Origin: Gordius albopunctatus
Lineage: Eukaryota
DNA length: 64,000 nt
Direction: 5' to 3'
Assembly: GCA_964276515.1 (NCBI GenBank)
Contig: OZ193910.1
Coordinates: 248,001-312,000, forward strand
The translations under genes were made by a program, and so were the position numbers. This document shows positions 40,301-54,289 of this stretch, in pieces. The stretch's first letter is position 1. Each line of letters starts with the position of its first letter. The notes under the pieces are model-generated. The model was given only the letters and a program-made list of their open reading frames with translations. It had not been told where the DNA came from and searched no databases.

Positions 40301-43300
40301 ATGTGAGCAATAAAATTAGGATAAAAAATCCCTATTTAAAATGGGCGACACTTAAACGTAGGCTAAAATTTGAAAGGGGCTGTAGTTAACTCTTTAATTG
40401 AAGAAAACAAGAAAATGATATAGTAAATAGATTTTATAAATCATCAAAAATGTAAACAATCCGCCCCCCCCAGCAGATAGATGATATCCTTTACTGTTTG
40501 GATGCAAACTTCATAGTTGGCCCAACCTGGAGGCAGGAGTTGGGATAGCAATTGACGAGTTGAACGGGGATAACGGCGTTTGGGATTTATAAGGCATTAA
40601 ATAGCAGGGAAGGAAAGGTATTACAAGGCACAGAGATGAGAAGAATAGGGTGGACCCCCGCCCCGAAATCTAGGATGGCCAGACCTTTCGGCTTGGTCTG
40701 TATTTGAAAAAGAGACCAGAGCATTTTGGTGTTCTGTGGTTTATTACAAAGGCGGCGTCGACTTCACAAACCCCAGCAGGTCTATTTACAACGCTAGAGC
40801 GCGCTATTTACCTATGATCGGAGGTCTTAAGTTCGGCCCGACCATAAACTAAAAGCCTACTAGGCGCTATGGCCGGGTCGAGTTCAAAACCGGGTCGGGC
40901 TTGATTTTTCCAAAGTATTCTATCGGTCCAAGCGGGTACACGACATTTATCACTCGTATCGTAACGATCACTGTTCAAATCGTATTTATAGGTAGGGGCG
41001 AAATCTAGTGGGCCCTCTTGAAAGCCTTTAAACACCTGAAATCGAGGGGGCAAAATATAAGCAAAAAAAATAAGCTTTGCTACTTGAATTAGTCCCATTT
41101 AAATTTATTTTAATAAGTCATTACTTTGTCATTATAAAAAAATATCAAAAATGAGCTAAAAATTTCATAATTAAATATAATATTATTTGTTTCCACTCCA
41201 CCGCTATATTTCAAAAAAATGGAAAAAATTGAGGGGGTCGCCGCCTTATAAAAACAATTTTTATGCTTCAATCAACAAACTACATCCAATCGATAATGAT
41301 CAAAAACCATAATATAAGAATGAGTTCTCCTAATCAACTACCAATATTGGTTGGGACAATATACATTTTTTCTCTCTCTTCATTAAGAGCTTATTTGTAT
41401 AAATCTAGAAATTTGACAAAAATTCAAAATATTTACACCTGTTTGCCCCCTCTAAGAACAACAATGATTCTTTGTTTATTGCCGAGCGAGAAAAAATCAA
41501 TAAATACAAAGCCCTTTCTAAAAGTTAAGCTTTGGGCACTTTTGGTAAAAAACAAAGAGTTGTTATTTGTAAAAGCCAAATTAAATTTTGAATCGTTAGC
41601 GGATTCTTGGCCCATTCAGTAAGATCCTCTCGACGATTTTGCATAAAAATGCTTTGTTTCAGTACTTGGCGCATTTCCTTTCATCAATTATTTTTAACGA
41701 AAAACAATAAAGTCTGACCGATTCGTGTTGCTTTTGCAAAGTCAATTGCTCTGCTGCCCAAAGAGCTGACCAGCGCCCATTTTTGATGTAATCTTTGACG
41801 CTATCGATTGGCATATCCACGCGATAATTGAAATCTCCGAACCAAAATAAGTAATCGTGGCTACACAAATTCTGTCAGGATCAATTTTATGAAAGTAATC
41901 CATTAAAAAATCCCAAATTTATTGATAAATAACTCTTAAAATATCATTTTGCACGGTTTCAAAAAGAAAAAACAACAAAACCTTATTTAATTTGGTAGAG
42001 TGAGAGATGATTTAAAGCCTTTAAACGCATATAATAACCAATCCCGACATATTATAATCCAAAAAACTCTCTATCTTTCAATATAATCATATAATTACCG
42101 AGAAGTAAAAAGATAAAAGGTGCAATAAGTATATAAAATGAAAAAAGCTCACAAAATTAGGGAAATTATTGATGGCTCTAGCTATTTCGGCTACATCGGC
42201 ATTTCTTTCCTTAACCTGACTTTGCCCGGCTGCGAGATGGGCACATATAAAGATGTAGGAGTTTAATCCGTGAGTGAATCTCAATGCAACTCCTCCTTTA
42301 TTGCCCGTTGCTCCTCCCAATCCAGTCTTAACTTTACATAAGCTCACTTCCCTGTAAATATCAATTGCAGAGAGAATCATGTAATGTTTGGCGCGAGATT
42401 CGTGGAAAAAGGGATATTATATAATTTAAAATTACTTAAAAATGAAATTTTAGAGGCTTTAACATGTATATATTTATCGATAAAGCATAAAAAATAACTT
42501 GAGACAGGGCAAAGTTTCTCGGGTTGTGAAAAGGAAGAGGCAAACTCCAACGAGTTGAGCTGACACCAAAGATACGTAATGGCCCTTCAGTTTCAATATC
42601 TCATGTATTTGACTCTCCCAAATCCTTTGATTTTCCGTACTATATAAATAACAAGATTTATAGGCTAGGTTTGTTCAAAGTTTAACTCCTTGATTCTACA
42701 ATAATCGATCATAAAAACGCCCTTTTCGGCAGCCCTCACATTTTTATGAAAAGTGGTGAAAATTTAGAAACCACTGATTATTTTTTTTTATAAAATACAA
42801 ATTTTGTAAAGATGATATTATGAATTTCTGAAAGTTTGAGCTCCTTTGCACCACTACTTTTCGAGAGGTAGAAAATCGGTCTTTTACGACATCGGGTAAT
42901 GACGCCAATTTAGATAACTTTTTTTTTAATTATTCACGCCATAATCATATATCCTTGTTGTGGTGACAGAATAAAAAAGTAAAACTTTTTAATCGACTGG
43001 TCATCATCTGATAATGCCTAAAATGTCATTATTGCATAGTTCCAAACCTTTTAAAATTCAATAAAAAAGTTGCATTATGCAAACATGAAAAACAACATCG
43101 CATCTGCAACTATTTAAAGCGTAAAACTTAAAGTAAGATTGGCAGATGGCAAAGTGATGATTTTTTAAATAGCAATTAACAAATTTGAAACAGGAAAATT
43201 GTGCTTAGAATATAAGTGCGCTTCAATAGGTCGATTAATGATTGATACCTGGCGGCTATGGCAATGTTTTTGGCGTTCAAATCTATGATTTCTTGAAAGC

Positions 43301-46300
43301 CTACTACGTAAATATCGGGCAGGATGTCGTTGCGTCCATCTGACGGATGTTCTATTTTACAAAAATTGCCATCGGTATCGGAAATTAATCAAGTAGAATA
43401 TACGTGTATCATATCGTATATAGTAACCACGTATACGGGAATCGTTAATTTAACCCTTGTTTCAATAAACTAAGGTTTGCTAACCATGAAAATTGTGCGC
43501 TTTTACGTAAACTTCCTATTTTCGTAATAACATAATGTACCGCCATGCCAAAAATATTTTATTTTTATTTTCAATGATGAAGTTGACAAAATTTTTAAAA
43601 GCTCGAATTGGGGGAAAATATAGAGAGCAAAGTGTTTAGGGGGATAAGCTCAAAACTTTGAAAAATAGTTGCCTCAAAATAATCTTCGAATCTTTAAATA
43701 CTATGAATGAAACTATGATCCATTAATAGCAGTTGTATTGTGGAAAAAGGATGGGGCTTATGTTTTGTCGCCCTTTGCCTCGAGGAAGACTAAGAAAAGA
43801 GTCATCGAAACCCCTTTGGTTCGTCTGTCCGCCTATCTTTATTCGACTAAAACCTCTTAGGCTTCTGATACTTCTTCTCAAGAGCCTCCTACACAATTAG
43901 CAAACATAAAGGGAGAGCTCTACCTTTTGCACCCGTTTTGTAGATGGGTTTATTGAGCCACTCAGCCAAATTTTCGGCATCGGCCTGGCTCAAGGCCCGA
44001 CCTCCATTAACATTCCAAGTCCCGATAAATATTCTCGTAGATTGAACCACGCTAAATTCTTTCTGCCAATAGTAAAGTGTTTCGGTCAGTTCGGGCGACA
44101 CTAAAAACATCAAGAAAAATCTCAAAATTTTTGCCTTTCATTTAAAATATTAAGATCATTTTTCTCATAAATTACTGATCTTAAACGGATTATTTAGAGC
44201 GAAATTCTCATCCGATTCAAGATGTGGACACTATCAGTTGGTATGCATAGATTTAAAATATTCTTAAAACATTGCCTAAATGTATGAGATTACCCTAGTG
44301 ACTTCTATGCTTTACATCCACTTTTTCAAATTGAATAGGAAAGGTTAGATATTTGAAAAATAAAATTAACTCAAGTTTCGAAAGCAGTGTTCAAGTACAA
44401 AAAGGCTATTTTTAGGAAATATTAGAAGATAAAAAGCACTGTAAAGTAAACCCGACCTGAGGTCGCAAACAAACGTTTTACACTATATATATAATAACGC
44501 TGATTGTTTGAGCCATGCCAAAATACAGCAATCATTGTCATATATATTCAAGCAAGTTCTCTGGGAAATATCTCGAAATGACACCAATTTTGTTAAATAA
44601 AAAATAATTTATATATGAAAAAACGAAATTTATGGTAAACTGTAGCCTTACAACACTCATAACCAATGGGGATAATGGCCCGAACGTAGGGTAGGTACGG
44701 AGGTATAATTCCACTTCCCAGGATTAAATCTATGGCCAGTTGACGAGAGTCATCCAAAAAATTGCTCTGAATAGTTCTACTAACCGACAGGGCTCCTTCT
44801 CTCAACTTAAAAAGTGAAAATTAAAAAGGTTAAATTTATGGAATGAATAATAAAACTTAGCATGGCCGCAAATAGACTTGACAAATAATTGATTGAAAGC
44901 ATAATAACCCTCAAAGCTTATAAAGGTATTACATTCACAATTTCCTTGAATATATATATATCAAAGACGAATAGAATGCGTATTATTATTTTAAAAGCCT
45001 CGATTATCTAGATAGTAATAGTAGTAACAACTGATTTTGTTGGGAATGGTTTTTAAAAGTAACCATCTCAAAAGTATAGCGCAAACAAAAAAGTATGCAA
45101 AAATAAACTTTAAATAAAAGTTATTAATGTTATTTACTTTGCCTTTGCATTCCATAGCCCCCGTGCCCGCGTATATATTACTAAGTCGATCCCCATTGCT
45201 GATCCACATCCCTTTGAAGGCCTCTTCGAATCGATTAACTAATTGTTGCTCTCGAATACCCAAAGAAATCATCTGGAGCGGAAGGATCTTGATGGAAATA
45301 AATAAAACAAAGGGGTGTAAAAGTGAAAGAGTAGGTAAATCATGTGTATAATAATGATGAATATGTGTTCAAACTTCTCGGGCGATGTAGCTTTGACAAG
45401 CGTTGGTTCGGTCTATGCAATCCACACAATTAGTCCGCATAACGACTGCCTGCCTTCTGCCCCCTACTGAAACCCAATAAATATATTATCAAGACACAAG
45501 CGAGTGTTGTGCAAAGAGAACTGGGTTTCCTTTGGTAAACCCCTGGTGGTTCTACTCTATCACTAACGAAGCCCACCCACCCACCACAAGTGCACTAACA
45601 GAAAAAGAGTCTGCTCTGCTCTAAGACTATCCGTCAACTCTGGTGCTCTCTTTCTCAAATTCGGACTAAGCCTAGAGGTCCACTAATCCAAAAAAAGAGC
45701 CACAAAAAAGCATTGGTCTGTCTGTCTGTCTGTCGAGTCCACGTATACAAACTAACCTCTGGGCTGGGCCGAAGTATAGAAGAGGTTATTATCGTCTCCC
45801 CCTAGCGCCGGTCTAAGGGAATTTTGCCAAAGCTTTTGCAAATTTTGGGGGCCATTTTTGTTGTTTCGACACATCGCGTGATAATCGAATAGTATCATTG
45901 GAACGGAAGTCGCGTAGGGGCACACCTTGTGATGAGCCTAACTCGGTTCAAATATAAAAATTAATTTCAACAATTAGAAAATTTAAACAGTCTGCCTTAT
46001 ACTATATGCTCGAAATGAATTCCTATTTTTTACATATTATTTAAAATTTATGGCTCACAAAACATAAAAGATGATAAAATTCTTTCTATTACAACCAAAG
46101 AATTTGGGCAATTCGGGCTAACTGAGATCTTTTTATATAGTGTATTATTTTGTTTTTTGTACTATATTGTCACTTTTGATTTTATCCATGAGGGTAGCCG
46201 GGGGCAGGGAGGGGCGGCTGACCAATACAAAATTTTTTTGAAATTTCCCCAAATGATGGGGCTAAAATTTGAAAAAATAATCATTTTGCCCCTCGCTCTA

Positions 46301-49300
46301 ATTCCATTCTTGGCTCCACCCATCATGATTTCATCAGGTTCATTAATCTCAGTTCTTGATCCCCAAAAAATCGATTAATTTTTGAAAATAAGGAAACTAA
46401 TGCCCAAAAAATTTAAAAAATCATTTCGTGCCGGGCAATGATTCGGCCACGGGTGGCGTAGACTTATGAGGGTTCGGGCGGGCCCGGGCCGGTAATTTAG
46501 TTATAAATCAGGCCTGGCCTGGTCCGAGTAATTTTTTTTTATCAAATTCTATTAATTCAACATTGAGATTGGAGGCAGATTAAAACCTAAGGAATCATCT
46601 AAAATCTCTTGCGCTTATTTTATTGAAAACCCAATGGAATTAAAACATAAAAATATATTTTCATATATTATATATATATTGGGGGGGGGGGCAAAGGGGT
46701 TAGGAATACCTGGTAAGCTTCACTCAGGGTTTTTTCACCCTCTTTGCTCCCCAACAAATTAAGAGCTACTACATTTTCGTACAAATTAAGGAGCAGTCCG
46801 AAATGTCTGTAAAAATATTAAAAACACATTTCCAAATTAATTTCTAAAAATATAAAATAATTAATAATTTTATGAGACAATTTATCTGAAACAATGATCT
46901 ACGAAAACTTTTAAAAATCTTCCTCAATTCTCGGTTATTGTATATAAATTTTTAACAAAAAGTTAACCATCATTAAAAAATAAAAAAATAAATTTTTTCA
47001 AAAAACTTTTGGTATGCGGGGCAGGTGGCCTCGAACCCACGCGAAAGTTGTATTTTGTGAGCTCCAAATTGTAAACCTGTTTGTTCCCAAAACACAGGAA
47101 CAGATCCTCTAATTTGCACAAATGAACTCACTGAAGTCTCTTCATCCAAGTATATAATCTATCAAAAATCATAAACCTTGATTTAGTTCTAAAAATCTGT
47201 AATTATTATTAATTTAAAAAGAATGCTTGATATAAACCTCGTCGTTATCAATGAGATTATACTGCAAGGGCTGTTAATTTTTGGGGACTAGTTGATTGAC
47301 TTTGACCCCCTCAAGGGAGAAGGGCGTTATTTATTTACAATTAAAAAATCAATAATGAGCCAAAGTCCTTTTTCAATCGATTTTAAGTATTTAAATAGAG
47401 GAGTGAAAATATTGATTTAATCTAATATATATGAGGCAGGCCAAATATTAATCCGGCCTTATTTAAATGCACAGTGAAAAATTCGATAATGCTCACTAAT
47501 TTGTGCTCAGTTTTTAATTCAATTTGCTCAGATTTTTAATTAGAAATGTTCAGTTTGTTCTACGTTCAGATTTTAATTAGAAAACGCTCAGTTTTTTTTA
47601 AAAAAAAATGTTAAGTTTTTTAAATATGCTCTGTATTTATTAAAAATTTTTTAAATGTTTTAAAGGCCTTATAGGCATGGGCGTAGCCAGGTTTTGGATT
47701 GGGGGGGGGCAATTTTTTGTAGTTTGGATGGGGGGCCAGCCCCCTGCCCCCCCCCCTTCTGGCTATGCTCATGCTTATAGACTTGTTTTAAAATATTATT
47801 GGGCTGGGGGGAAAGGCTAGAGCTCTTAGAATCGTAAGTTATTACTCTTAATTTATTTTTCAACTAATCCTAGTTGTAAATTAGCAGTAATAAAAATCTA
47901 GTGCATTTTATATTTATATGATAATATTCAAAATATAATTTGTCAAAAATTTTATTTGGAAAATTAAGTTGGGCTGCTAGGGTCAGGCAAAAAAGTTGTT
48001 TGGGCTGGGCAAACTTGCCAAAGAAATTTCATTTTTTCAGGGCTCTATGTGTAGCTTATATATTTTACCAATAACATATTTTAAAGTCTAAAGGTTTAGT
48101 GGTTGTTTGAATCCTGACCTATCTGTTTTTATTTAAAACTTAAAACCACTTTGCATAAAAAAAAACTTGGCAAGTGTAATAAATTACTGAGCAAATAAAT
48201 AAAAATCTGAACATTAAATAAAAAAAACTTGGCAAATTGAATAAAAAAATATGCAAAATAATTTGTTGCCATATTAATCATTAAAATATTAGATAAATAA
48301 CAATATTTTAAATTTTATTAAAAGTCATCTTTAGATAATATTTACAAGAGATTAAAATCTAAAATGATTATAAACTTCTTGTAACATAAAACAAAGTAGA
48401 GAGAAAAAACACTTTATTAATAGGTATATGTTTAGGATTTATAAATGCTTCAGTAAATCTGATATTGATTGCTGTTTTATATAATATTTGGGAATCATTG
48501 CAAATTTAAAATATTTAAAAAGTACTTGTTCGGTTTCAACAAAATTGGCCACAAACCCATTATCATCCACACCCCGGACATTAAATCTAGTGCCAGCCCT
48601 TTCATTTCCATATCTGGAGATAAGACACAGTTTGGCTTTTTGATGACCAGCATAACATGTTTTAATCTCAATTGAACCACATATGATCATAGTAAACCAT
48701 TTCTTTGCACATCTTATCCCATTCTGACTTAAATAACTGAATAATGTTCGATTCCTTTTTAAAAATAAATAAATATTAAATATATTAAAATTACCAAAAA
48801 AATCTATCATCTGTTTGAGCATTTTCAAAGTATTTTTGGTTGTTTAATGTGAGATCCAATGAATTTTTGTCAGAAAAGTAAAAGCATCCAGAGTTTAAGA
48901 ATTTTTTCAATTCAGATATACCATTATATTCCTCTTCATATGGAATATTTGTATTCAAGGGTACAAAAGAGGTTGTCAATATTTTATATACATCAGTCTC
49001 AAATAATTTTCCAACTGATGTGCAATTAGTAACAAGTATAAGAAAATGTGCTTCAGCATTACCTAGTTATAAGCATATATAACCACAAAGTAATAATTAC
49101 CAAATGCTAATTTTATTAGGCCAATACAAGCATGCCCCTCAAAAATTTTCGTGTAATTTAGTTTTAATGATTTAAAACATTCTATATCTACATAAAAATA
49201 TAATATAAACGATTAATAGGCATTAAACCTATACAAAACACAGTTCCATTTTGAAATAACAAAAATTCTCCTTGAGATTCTAATAATGCTCCATGATTAT

Positions 49301-49340
49301 TATCGCTAGAGTAAACAATTATGTTGTTTCTCTTTGCCAT
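37320..49340 (-). CDS. synj: Synaptojanin (Sac1 phosphatase + inositol 5-phosphatase + RRM-like + Pro-rich tail), multi-exon
   Basis: [47 protein letters not shown] (CX5R), [64 protein letters not shown]-terminal [11 protein letters not shown] at 49340. The C-terminal small exons are approximate. Confidence 0.95.
41485..41660 (+). mobile_element. Decayed CRE-like 3' fragment in a synaptojanin intron
   Basis: Encodes [22 protein letters not shown], matching the CRE C-terminus FKSFADSWPIL. Confidence 0.6.
47676..47773. mobile_element. Short hAT-like MITE (CATGGGCGTAGCCAG family)
   Basis: TIRs catgggcgtagccag / ctggctatgctcatg; flanks cttatagg/cttataga; poly-G/poly-C core. Confidence 0.7.
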
Positions 49341-49408
49341 TCATCTCAAACGCTTTAATAGCGTCAATAGACCAGCGATATGGGACAAAGTTTTTCCAAT
49401 GTTTTCAA

Positions 49409-49882
49409 CATAGACTAATAAAAGGGTGGCCCGTCAACTTGCCGAAAAAAATCTCGCCGAATTTAATGTCCTTAGTTAAAAAAGGTCCCCCGTTTTGTGA
49501 TTGGTTGAATGGGGGACGATTTTAACTGGGGGAAATTAAATTCGGCGAGATTGTTTTCGGTGAGTTGATATTGATAGGGCACCTAATAAAAGTGTAGACT
49601 GCCGAACAGCTGATAATTTTTTAGCAAGTATAGAAAGCGCCATTTTAAGAGAAATCGTAACTAAACAATAGAACTTAACATAATTTATTGTTATATTTTA
49701 TTTTTTTTGTTAAATTTCTAAATTAAGCTAATAGTCTTATTTATTTTCTTAAATATTATAGCGTGCAGAAAAAAATAAACGTACTGTTGAGTTTTGCTAC
49801 AAGATGGCAGCTATTATAGAGCCTGAATGATTTTAATAGTAAAAATCAGCTGTTTGGCAGTCTATGGTTTTATTAGTCTGTG
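49409..49882. mobile_element. MITE with CAYAGACTAATAAAA TIRs and 8-bp TSD, carrying a nested second MITE (49425-49583, 9-bp TSD)
   Basis: Outer TSD GTTTTCAA (49401-49408, 49883-49890). The inner element has long inverted arms (aaaaatctcgccgaatttaat / attaaattcggcgagattgtttt) and TSD TAATAAAAG. Confidence 0.8.
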
Positions 49883-50314
49883 GTTTTCAATTTAAAAAAT
49901 GTAACGATATGTTCGGCCTTTTCGTCTTTGTTCGAAAAATCATAAAATTTGAGTCAATATATTAAATGGCCATAAAATAACTTTTAGTGCCAAAAAATTC
50001 TAAGATTAACTAAAAACACTAAATTAAACTATTCTTGAAATCTTAATGTTGCTAATGAGAAATCTTTCTGTTCTTTTACATGCAATTTTCATAATATTAT
50101 TTTTCATGTGGAATAACATTAGAAGTTAATATTTTAATATATGAGACCCCAAAATTAAAATAATTGAAACAGGAACATCATTAGAGTATTCACCTCCTTT
50201 GATTAAAAAGGACATAGAAAGGGGCAGGGAGCCGGGCAAAAGATAAATCATCCTTAACAATTTTAAAAGTGGGGGGGGGCAAAACTAGTTAAAACTTTCT
50301 ACAGCGCGGATAAG

Positions 50315-51900
50315 TCTTCAACAAATTCCCTCTCTCAAACCTATGCGCTTTATCATTAAACGTCTGGTACCTAGACGATGCAACCTTATGCGGCCCTCCG
50401 GAAGAAATCTCCAAGGCCATTCTTTTAATCCAAGATTATGAAACCTCCCTAAACTTGAGATTGAATATCTCTAAATGTGAGATATATCAGTGCCCGGATA
50501 CAGATATATTTCCCATCTTTAAGCCTTTTTTAAAAGTTGAATTGATGAGTTTTACTCATCTAGGCTCCCCAATAGGTGGACAAATCGCCTTAAGAGAGTT
50601 TTTACATAGTCACCTATCAACCCCTACCTCGAAGTTGGACATTCTTAATACCCTCCCCAAACACCACGCATTTTATATCATTAAAAATTATCTCAAAAAT
50701 TCAACACTGCTTCCGGTCATCATCAGCTTTTTTATTACCCGAGATTTTAAAAAGCTACGATAGCTTCATGAAAAACACGCTAGAAGCCATCCTTAACATC
50801 AAATTCAGCACTTCTTCGTGGCTCCAAGCCTCATTACCCACTAAAGCTGGCGGGTTAGGCATACGCCCAGCTACCTCAATTTCACTAGCAGCCTTTATCG
50901 CCCAAGGTTTGATCGACCGATTAATCACAAAAAGCGAAGACCCATCGTTTGGACAAGCTCTAGATGTCTGGTCTGCCAACGTCAACCCAGGAACCCCCTT
51001 TCCCATAACCTCCAGACAAAAGGATTGGGATGCTGGCCTCGTATCGCGCTCCGTTGATTACCTCTTATCGAGTTGCGACGCCCGCCAGCACTTCAACCTT
51101 AAATCTTTGGTTTTTGACGGATGGGGTCCCGAGTGGCTAGAAGCTTATCCTAGTTCACTTTCTGGACTGATGTTGGAGGACCCAGAGCTTGCATACTCCA
51201 TCGCCCTCAGACTAGGAATTCCCTATTCAAAGTAATATACCTGTCGCAACTGCTCCCACAACGTAGACATTTATGCGAGGCACCCCCTACACTGCCTTTA
51301 CAATAAAATTAAATACACAAGGCACGAAAAGGTGAATAACCTCATCTAAGCTGCTTTTAAAAAAGCCAACATTCCCTCCATTTTAGAGCTGTCAGACCCT
51401 TCGTTGGAGGGAAGGATGCGACCAGACGGCTCTACCCTTATCCCTTGGCAAAATAGTCTAACCCTTAAATGGGATTTCACCTGCATAAACATTTCCCCCC
51501 CCTCTAACCAAAACTACAACGCTCTCCCCTTCGCCCAACACCGCAAAAGGGTAAAATACTAGGCCCTCCTACCCTCTAACATCTTTACCCCTATCGTTGC
51601 CTCGTGTTCTGGCACTTTTGGTCCGGCCGCCATTAAGCTTTTTAAAGAAATCAGCAGTCGCTGCCCGCCTTCTAAATATTCCACAAATTTTTTACTCCAA
51701 CAAAAATTTGGTATTTTTATAGCAAAGTACAATTTTAAATCCCTGACCGACAGTTGGCCACTTTTACAAGATGACACATGCGACATTTTTGAATCATAAT
51801 ATTTTTATTTAGTTTTACATCCGCTTTTATATTTCTCGAATGTTGACACTTCGTTTTGATAATGTTCTTACGTTCAAATAAACAACGTATAAATAAAAAA
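50315..51900 (+). mobile_element. 5'-truncated CRE-like non-LTR retrotransposon, subfamily B, with stops and frameshifts
   Basis: LNVWYLDDATLCGPPEEISKAI, GGLGIRP, RQKDWDAGLVSRSVDYLL, CRNC..HPLHC, RPDG, WDFTC; paralogous to 9505-11724. Confidence 0.9.
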
Positions 51901-51999
51901 GAGGCTTTATTATTGTTGGGGGTGGATTCATTACACTGCACCCTCCCTGGTATCCCCTCTTCTTTCCCCTCTCCCCTTACGATAATTATTTACGGATCG

Positions 52000-52800
52000 C
52001 TGAAATTATTAGTTTATACTTTATTAATCTAGGCGAATTTATGTATTCCAAATGATGTACAAGAATTTATTTAAAAAAAGTTTATTTCGATATTACAAAT
52101 AATTTATCCAAATTTACAAAATAAAATAGGGTTCTACAAAAGGAGATGTTTGCGTTGGGGGAAAGTACAATAATTAATAAGGGATCTCGTAAGTTATAGC
52201 CGTTGCTTTCTCCCCCTGGGTGGTTGGCTCGATTGAACGATCGATGTTCCGAAGATCTTCAGACAGGTCTGAGGGATTGATAGCAGATGTTGATCGCGTA
52301 CAAGAAAAAGTAATTTAAAAAATGGCGTTAAAAAAATTAGCCACTTCCGCATATAGGATAACCCGCGGTAAAAGTCGCTTAAAAGGTTTGCAGAACCATT
52401 CTTAAACCATTTTTACGTTATATATCATAAAAAATATCTTAGTATACCGCGCGAATATTAAAAACGTCTTGGCATACCACAGGAAAAAACAAAAATTAAA
52501 ATTGGTGTAAGCAAAAAATAATAGAATAACATTGTATATATTTTTAAGCTCTAAAAAAACTGCAACCATTAAGGGATTATTCCTTATTAAGCTTTACATA
52601 AAATGGAATTGATAAGTTTGAAATAATTGTAGAATGGTGTTTATAAACTAAAATGTCCAGCTTTTCTCTTTTATTTAAATTTATTTTACTTGTCTGATGA
52701 TGTTCTCTATGAGGACGAAATATTATAATAATTTTATTTTTTCCAACACTCTCGACAATTCCCGAAAATATATCTATGAAGAATAGTTCAACTCATTTAT
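52000..52800 (+). mobile_element. Penelope-like element relic (GIY-YIG tail + hammerhead-bearing end)
   Basis: Decayed NWCKQKIIE*HCI resembling the GIY-YIG C-terminal 'KRKIIE..YI' helix, followed by a minimal hammerhead core. Confidence 0.45.
52686..52732 (+). ncRNA. Minimal type I hammerhead ribozyme motif (possibly decayed)
   Basis: CTGATGA (52694-52700), stem II GTTCTC/GAGGAC, GAAA (52717-52720), palindromic AATATT stem III; stem I weak. Confidence 0.55.
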
Positions 52801-54289
52801 AGTATAATATGTTGCAAACCAGAGACCGAATAATGATGTGATAAAATTTAAATAGCTCTAGATTAAAATAATATGGTTTGAAGTTTGGGCGCTCGGTTTA
52901 GGGGCTTACGGGATGCAAAAATTGAGATAATATAAGGGTCCGTCTTAATATACGATTCAACTTCAAAGCGCCATATTTTTGTTTGTCTAAATATGCGATA
53001 TAAAGTGATGGAATCAACAATTTTAGCTTAGTTACCACCATATGAATTTCCATTAATAAGCGTAAAGATAAATATTTGTTTTATGAGCAAAAACAGGGCA
53101 AAAATAGAATTAAAATGAAGTGAGGCTCGAATTAAGAGGCTTCTATGTTTAAACATGCATTCCCTTTTTCAATCTAGATGCAAAATCGCGTATTCTAAGG
53201 AGTCATAAAATATCTATTCTTCGAAATTAAGGACCACAATTCCGTTAAACCTAATTTTTACGTGTCATTTACATGAAAAACAAATTTTAAAAAAGATGCC
53301 CTTATCAGATATAATAAATATACTAAAACTTAAACGATAAATCGCTGTGCTGCTTAGTAGTAGCACAGCGAAATATATTTTACAAAATAATTGTGTAGTT
53401 CATACAGGAGCGAAATCTACTATTATCCCCCCCGCCCCCCACTCCCGTAAACAGGGGAGGGGAGAGGGCCGGTTTTTTATGAAAAAATAAAATATTTTAG
53501 ATCTAAAGTTTATATTTTATAGTTGTGCAACGTAACCTTTCTTTCTTTATGTTTTATACAATATTTTATAATATATTAGATGTTGAAATCTAAATGTTAG
53601 AGCATTTTTTTGGAGATTCCCCCCCCCCCCCGGTAGAAAATGCAGGCTACGCGACTGTTCCCATCACGTCTAATATCAGCGCACTTTATTTATGGAAATT
53701 AAGATGAGGAGGTAAAGCCTTCATGATTTTCAGAATCAATATCTTAAATTATAAAATGGCTTATGTTAAATTTCTTATATCTTAATGTAACTAATGATTT
53801 GTAAGGGTGCTATCAAATTTCAATGTGCCATAATTTAAATTTATCCCTATCCACAATTTTTAATGTTATCCTTTTTAACATGCCATAATCCCAATTTATG
53901 CCCTTTGCCATTGATACGTTGTCTGACACCAATATGGATGTCTGACACCAATATGGAAATCCGTTTTGTTTTATAACTCTCCAATTTTGGAATTTTTCTA
54001 GTAAGCCGAGGTCATCTCGTCAAAGGGAAAGGTGTGGTGTCTTTGCACCCGCTTAATTATTTTTACTTATCCATGTTTGCACTTGTTTAATTAGGTGCAT
54101 ATGATTTTCTTTAGGGGATAATTTAGAAATCAGCCCCTTTTAACTAAATACAATCTCGTTTCACCTAACTTCCTTACTTACACTAAAGATGACCGGTTTA
54201 AAACAAAAAAAGAGAGCAGCCCTTTAGATTAATAAATGGTTTATGATAGTGATGTAAAACGGTTGGGACGTGTTTGGTCAACTTATTTT

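Noticed and set aside
40497..40810. Alternative synaptojanin exon after SDHR via a duplicated GTAAATAG
   Set aside because: It would need an intron of about 30 nt and hits a stop; the conserved continuation PVYAIID is at ~40083.
53921..53958. Direct repeat gtctgacaccaatatgga x2
   Set aside because: A simple local tandem duplication or possible excision footprint, with no further structure.
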